32,000 nucleotides of DNA from Aliivibrio fischeri ES114. Its GTDB lineage: Bacteria > Pseudomonadota > Gammaproteobacteria > Enterobacterales > Vibrionaceae. The translations under genes and the position numbers were made by a program. Positions 27,269-32,000 of the stretch are shown here, piece by piece. Numbering within the stretch: position 1 is the first letter of the stretch; each line of letters opens with the position of its first letter. Location: NCBI RefSeq assembly GCF_000011805.1, contig NC_006841.2, one strand, 5' to 3'. The notes beneath the pieces are model-generated. The model made no database searches. It worked only from the letters and a program-made list of their open reading frames with translations, and had not been told where the DNA came from.

Positions 27269-28456
27269 ATGATGACTACTAATTCATTTTCTCAATCGCT
27301 TTCGTTGTCGCAATTTTCTTTGCAACATAAACGCTTAATATTACCTATCACTTTATTAGCATTAGTTGGTGCAGAAACAACACGAGACCTTACCGTTACA
27401 ACTCTATCTGATGCTTTTTGGGCGGTTTCAACCTACGTGGCTTTTACCTTAGTTATTTATCATTACCTTTCAAATATCATGGGTAAAACCAATCGTATTA
27501 CTGCTTTGTATAACAAATCTCGTACTAACCAAGTTGTCTTCTCATCTCTACTTGGTGCACTACCAGGCTGTGGTGGTGCTATTGTTGTTACGACTCAATA
27601 TATTAGCGGGAAGGTAGGGTTCGGTTCTGTCGTTGCGGTATTAACAGCAACCATGGGAGATGCTGCTTTCTTATTAATTGCAGCTCAACCAAAAGTTGGG
27701 TTTGGTGTAATGGCATTAGGCGTTGTTGTTGGTATTGTTTCAGGAATGGTAGTAAACGCTATCCATAAAGATGACTTCTTGCGTCCTGAATCACCACAAA
27801 TTAAAGAACCAACTAAACGGGATATTCCATGTTTACAAGTAAAAGCGATTAATCTACAAGGCACTTTTTGGAAATTAGTATTAATTCCAGCGACAATTGT
27901 TGCGGTTTTAGGCTCATTCCAAGTCGATATTAACCAATTGTTTCACTTACCAGAACATAGCATTGAATGGATTGGAGCAATATTAGCGATTGGCAGCATG
28001 ATGTTATGGGCATTAACTAAAGAGATCAGTGATTATCAATCGACAGTTTCTGAAGATAATAAGTGCGTAAGTTCTCACCCTATACAAAAAGCAGCACAAG
28101 ATACGAATTTTGTTTCTGCCTGGGTTATTGTTGCTTTCTTAATTTTTGAATTAACCACTTACTTTTCTGGTATCAACTTACACACGGTGTTTTTAGGTTA
28201 TGGAATGTGGATGCCATTAATTGGTTTAGCGATTGGTTTACTGCCAGGCTGTGGCCCTCAAATTCTGGTAACTAGTCTATATCTATCAGGAGCTATGCCA
28301 ATGTCTGCACAACTTTCAAATGCAATTTCAAATGATGGTGATGCACTGTTCCCTGCGATTGCACTAGCTCCAAAAGCCGCAATGGTTGCAACCTTCTACT
28401 CAGCAGTTCCTGCCTTTGTGGTTGGTTATGGTTACTACTTCTTGTTTGAAATGTAG
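27269..28456 (+). CDS. Putative manganese/heavy-metal transporter (DUF2899/ArsP_2-like, multi-TM)
   Basis: Multi-TM protein with duplicated 'LLGALPGCGGAIVVTTQYISG' and 'GLLPGCGPQILVTSLYLSG' motifs, plus Fur-like sites upstream. Substrate not proven. Confidence 0.75.
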   Translation: MMTTNSFSQSLSLSQFSLQHKRLILPITLLALVGAETTRDLTVTTLSDAFWAVSTYVAFTLVIYHYLSNIMGKTNRITALYNKSRTNQVVFSSLLGALPGCGGAIVVTTQYISGKVGFGSVVAVLTATMGDAAFLLIAAQPKVGFGVMALGVVVGIVSGMVVNAIHKDDFLRPESPQIKEPTKRDIPCLQVKAINLQGTFWKLVLIPATIVAVLGSFQVDINQLFHLPEHSIEWIGAILAIGSMMLWALTKEISDYQSTVSEDNKCVSSHPIQKAAQDTNFVSAWVIVAFLIFELTTYFSGINLHTVFLGYGMWMPLIGLAIGLLPGCGPQILVTSLYLSGAMPMSAQLSNAISNDGDALFPAIALAPKAAMVATFYSAVPAFVVGYGYYFLFEM

Positions 28457-28507
28457 TGCTTCACTAGCTAGCTAAACTAAATCTGAAAATGCGAATAGAT
28501 AAAACAA

Positions 28508-28541
28508 CAAAGGCGACAATATAATAATGTCGCCTTTTGTA
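28508..28541. terminator. Rho-independent terminator between the convergent transporter and yghU-like genes
   Basis: aaaggcgaca / tgtcgccttt hairpin. Confidence 0.75.
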
Positions 28542-28564
28542 TTAAAACGTAAAAAAAACGTGAT

Positions 28565-29425
28565 TTACTTAGGCTGTAGATCCAAAATAAGATCAATATC
28601 TTCTGCACTGTGGCGTTCTGGCACTTGCTCCCATGGTTCGCCCCATGAACGGTTTACGATACGTCCACGTTGAACCCCTTTTCGTTGCGCTATCTCTTTT
28701 GCCCATTCAAGAACATGCACATAGCTTTCAACATCTAAAAACTCTGCTGCATCATATAAATTCCCTAATACTAGATTGCCATACCAAGGCCAAATAGCCA
28801 TATCAGCAATACTATATTCATTACCAGCAATGTATTTGGTGGTAGCAAGCTGCTTATCAAGCACATCTAATTGGCGTTTTGCCTCCATTGAGAACCGATT
28901 AATGGGATATTCATATTTTTCTGGCGCATACACATAAAAGTGACCAAAACCACCACCTAAATATGGAGCTGAGCCCTGAAGCCAAAATAACCAATTTAAT
29001 ACTTGAGTACGAGCAGAGAGCTCTTTAGGAATAAAATGGCCAAACTTATCAGCCAAATATAATAAAATTGCGCCAGATTCAAATACATGAAGTTCAGGAT
29101 CAACAGAATGATCAACTAACGCAGGGATCTTTGAGTTTGGGTTAATATCAACAAAACCAGATGCAAATTGATCTCCCTCCCCAATATTAATTAAATATGC
29201 GTCATATTCGGCCTCTTTAATCCCTAATGCGAGCAATTCTTCCAATAGAATCGTTACTTTTTGCCCATTTGGTGTCGCTAAAGAGTACAGCTGTAAAGTA
29301 TGTTCACCAATAGGCAATTCTCGCTCATGCCTTGCCCCTGAGTATGGTCGATTAATGCTCGCCCATTGACCGCTGCTGTCCGTTTCTGATGTCCAAACTT
29401 TTGGGGGTACATATTGATTATTCAT
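28565..29425 (-). CDS. yghU: Glutathione-dependent disulfide-bond oxidoreductase / GST family
   Basis: INRPYSGARHERELPIGEHTLQLYSLATPNGQKVTILLEELLALG...VDINPNSKIPALVD...SGAILLYLADKFG is YghU-like. Confidence 0.93.
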   Translation of the reverse strand: MNNQYVPPKVWTSETDSSGQWASINRPYSGARHERELPIGEHTLQLYSLATPNGQKVTILLEELLALGIKEAEYDAYLINIGEGDQFASGFVDINPNSKIPALVDHSVDPELHVFESGAILLYLADKFGHFIPKELSARTQVLNWLFWLQGSAPYLGGGFGHFYVYAPEKYEYPINRFSMEAKRQLDVLDKQLATTKYIAGNEYSIADMAIWPWYGNLVLGNLYDAAEFLDVESYVHVLEWAKEIAQRKGVQRGRIVNRSWGEPWEQVPERHSAEDIDLILDLQPK

Positions 29426-29579
29426 ACTCGCTCCTTACTCATTCATCCTCAATATTTACACATTATTACTATAGACCACTTCTAAAAAACCATGTATTCG
29501 CTATACGGAAAAAATAGCCAAAACACCTTGATAAGCATAAAATCACAGTTCTATCGCTATTAACTATTTAAGGTTCATA

Positions 29580-30431
29580 ATGTCAGCGTTTTTTGGCGCA
29601 TTAGCGTTTATTGTTTGGGGATTAGTTCCTATCTATTTCCATCAACTTGGTACGATGGAACCTATGTTGATCCTATCAAGTCGTATTTTTTGGTCAGCTA
29701 TAATCCTAGTGGCGCTTTTCGCCTACAAACCCAAGTTAATCAATAAAGCCCAATGCACTCCTAAAAACATTGCCTTAGCTGCTGCTGCCGGTATTTTAAT
29801 GAACCTATCTTGGCTCGGTTTTGTTTATGCCACCATCAGTAATAATATTATGGCGGCTTCTTTAGCTTTCTACATTACACCTGTAATGGTGTTTTTTATG
29901 GGCTTTATTTTCTTTAAAGAACACATTCAAAAAAACCAAAAGATTGCGTTGTTTTTAATGGTATTAGCTATTGCTGTATATGTTGCTTTAGATAAACAAT
30001 TACCTTTACTTAGCTTGGCTATCTCTGTCTCTTTTGCTAGCTATATCGCCATAAAAAAATTGGTCACATTAAACACCTTTGGTGCCATTTTCTTTGAACA
30101 TATTATTTTTGCTCCCCTAGCCCTATTGTATATAACAACCCATTCATCTGGATTATCTTCAACAGAATGGGGATTGTTAGTGGGGACGGCTCCACTGCAA
30201 CTGCTGCCTATTTTGCTACTGACCATTTCATTACTCAAAACACCATTAAGTAAAATCAGTTTATTGCAATACATTGAGCCGACATTCCACTTGGCATTAG
30301 CATTGTGGGTTTATCATGAGCCTATTTCTTTAGGTCAAAAATCAGCACTGATTATTGTGATTATCTCCATTATGATCGCCTCTCTAAAAACAAGAAAAAA
30401 GATAAGCATTGAGAGCATTAATAAAAGCTAA
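29580..30431 (+). CDS. EamA/RarD-family permease
   Basis: FIVWGLVPIYFHQLGTMEPMLILSSRIFWSAIILV...; ten hydrophobic segments, RarD-like; AAGG RBS upstream. Confidence 0.88.
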   Translation: MSAFFGALAFIVWGLVPIYFHQLGTMEPMLILSSRIFWSAIILVALFAYKPKLINKAQCTPKNIALAAAAGILMNLSWLGFVYATISNNIMAASLAFYITPVMVFFMGFIFFKEHIQKNQKIALFLMVLAIAVYVALDKQLPLLSLAISVSFASYIAIKKLVTLNTFGAIFFEHIIFAPLALLYITTHSSGLSSTEWGLLVGTAPLQLLPILLLTISLLKTPLSKISLLQYIEPTFHLALALWVYHEPISLGQKSALIIVIISIMIASLKTRKKISIESINKS

Positions 30432-31287
30432 TTGGTAAATAAAAATCTAACTCAAACTCTTCGTTTTCATTTAAAAAATGGTTTTTGTGGTAACGAACGT
30501 AAGCCGGTGTTGATCTCAATTTAAATCCCGACGCCGGCAACCATCGCTCCAATACGTGACTAATCTGTGGAAGAAGTTGCCCATATACACCACTTAACTT
30601 AAATACGCCGTGTAAACCACCAGGGATCACCATTTGATTCACGACACCACGATATTTAAGTGGTTTATCTATCGCTATACACGCGACATATCGGCATTTA
30701 GCTAATTCAACCCATGCAGGGTTAGAATGATGCAAACCAAATTGAGTTGAAAAGTCACGCTCTTCTGAATTTGCCCACGCTTTTAATATTAACCATGCAT
30801 TTCGAATAGAACGATTGTAACCCTCATGCCTCACATAAGCGGCAAGTCTATCTTCCACCTCAATAATCTTTGGCTGCGGCAACGGTTTATCTGCGACACT
30901 GACATAACCTGCAGCAATTTCATCGTCTTTTAAATACGGTTTATCCGAAACTTGTAAATCGTGTTTTCTCCACTCCCCTGGTGCCATACCAAACGTAGAT
31001 TTAAACGCACGACTAAAAGAAGAAAGTGAACTAAATCCACACGTATTTGCAATATCTAGTACAGATGATTTTGTATCAAACATCAATTGGTTTGCGGCAT
31101 ACTCCATTCTTGTACGACGAATATATTGATGAATGGATTCCCCCACCACTTGTTTAAAGATTCGATGAAAATGTTGTTCAGAATAAGCAGCAACATCTGC
31201 TAGCTCTTTCACTGCAAGCTCTTTGCTAATGTCTTTGTGAATATAAAATAAGACATCATTAATTCTTGATAGATGTTGTCGGCTCAT
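30418..31287 (-). CDS. AraC-family regulator with C-terminal GyrI-like effector domain
   Basis: AraC HTH (LAVKELADVAAYSEQHFHRIFKQVVGESIHQYIRRTRMEYAANQL) plus GyrI-like region (YVRHEGYNRSIRNAWLILKAWA...YHKNHFLNENEEFELDFYLPI). MSRQHLSR at 31287 is preferred over the track start at 31335. Confidence 0.88.
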   Translation of the reverse strand: MSRQHLSRINDVLFYIHKDISKELAVKELADVAAYSEQHFHRIFKQVVGESIHQYIRRTRMEYAANQLMFDTKSSVLDIANTCGFSSLSSFSRAFKSTFGMAPGEWRKHDLQVSDKPYLKDDEIAAGYVSVADKPLPQPKIIEVEDRLAAYVRHEGYNRSIRNAWLILKAWANSEERDFSTQFGLHHSNPAWVELAKCRYVACIAIDKPLKYRGVVNQMVIPGGLHGVFKLSGVYGQLLPQISHVLERWLPASGFKLRSTPAYVRYHKNHFLNENEEFELDFYLPISFY

Positions 31288-31387
31288 GATTGAAAAATAG
31301 CATAAATGGACATATTTATAAGCATAAACGGACAAACAAAGTTATACAACGCCTTGTACTATCGGATCAGTTAAAAAATATTATTTT

Positions 31388-32000
31388 ATGGGAACATATA
31401 TGGAAATCGCTCATTCTCTGCAACAAATTAAATCCTCTTACATTAGAGAAATTCTGGCTGCGGCTTCAGACAAAAACGTCATTTCTCTTGCTGGTGGGTT
31501 ACCTGATGAAGAGACCTTTCCCATTGAAATAATGAAACCAATTCTTGAAAGCTTATCTGATATGCCAGATGTCTTTCAATATGGTGCAACAGCAGGTTAC
31601 GCCCCACTTTTAGAGTTTCTTACACAGAAATTTGAATTGCCTGAAAACCACTTACCAATGATATGTACTGGCTCTCAACAAGGACTAGACTTGATTGCTC
31701 GAGCTTACATTAACCCGGGCGATACTGTGGTAATGGAAGCACCTAGCTACCTTGGTGCAATGCAAGTCTTTGGGTTAGTTCAAGCAAGTATTTCCACCGT
31801 ATCTCAAACGGAGTTTGGACCTAATCTTGAAGAACTAGAGCAATGCTTTATTCAAGAGTCTCCGAAAATGTTTTACGCGGTTCCTGATTTCCACAATCCA
31901 ACAGGTGTATGTTGGTCATTAGAAACCCGTAAAAAAGTGGCTGAATTGTGTATTCAGTATAACGTCGCTTTTATTGAAGACGCTCCTTATCGCGAACTTC
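31388..32000 (+). CDS. PLP-dependent aminotransferase (class I/II), truncated by the window edge
   Basis: Frame reads MEIAHSLQQIKSSYIREILAAASDKNVISLAGGLPDEETFPIE...QYGATAGYAPLLEFLTQKF...ICTGSQQGLDLIARAYINPGDTVVMEAPSYLGAMQVF...FHNPTGVCWS...FIEDAPYREL. Start at 31388 or 31400. Absent from the ORF track because it has no stop in the window. Confidence 0.88.
   Translation, partial: MGTYMEIAHSLQQIKSSYIREILAAASDKNVISLAGGLPDEETFPIEIMKPILESLSDMPDVFQYGATAGYAPLLEFLTQKFELPENHLPMICTGSQQGLDLIARAYINPGDTVVMEAPSYLGAMQVFGLVQASISTVSQTEFGPNLEELEQCFIQESPKMFYAVPDFHNPTGVCWSLETRKKVAELCIQYNVAFIEDAPYREL

Noticed and set aside
31290-31532. 80-aa plus-strand ORF MKNSINGHIYKHKRTNKV...
   Set aside because: It overlaps the start of the aminotransferase in another frame, and the aminotransferase frame has clear fold-type I motifs.

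Overview
This 32 kb window looks like a chromosomal region from a Vibrionaceae genome, probably Aliivibrio-like (inference from gene content and low GC). It is mostly housekeeping and metabolic genes. I see no tRNA or rRNA genes, CRISPR array, prophage, or IS element. From left to right: the start of an iron/siderophore ABC binding protein; an 80-aa ORF; a glutaredoxin-domain protein; a proline catabolism cluster (putP, a small separate ORF matching the PutA C-terminal domain, putA, an AraC-type regulator); a coiled-coil/PEGA/FGE-like protein; an orphan FetB-like permease; tas; a DUF748/AsmA-like protein; an M15 peptidase-like protein; speA-speB; a class I HMG-CoA reductase; a lipocalin; a FadL-family porin; an uncharacterised outer-membrane-like protein; a leucine-rich-repeat kinase-like protein; astB; a predicted Mn/heavy-metal transporter with Fur-box-like sites; yghU; an EamA/RarD transporter; an AraC/GyrI-like regulator; and a truncated PLP aminotransferase. 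The strongest observations are: (1) PutA is split, with its C-terminal ALDH-like domain and conserved C-terminal motif on a separate downstream gene; (2) a 178-bp imperfect-palindromic MITE-like element whose last base enters the stop codon of the DUF748 gene; (3) an LRR-kinase fusion with a short C-lobe; (4) a phased direct repeat between an AraC-type regulator and an aminotransferase; (5) a symmetric, structured leader upstream of the FGE-like protein. I found no convincing new multi-gene defence or mobile system.
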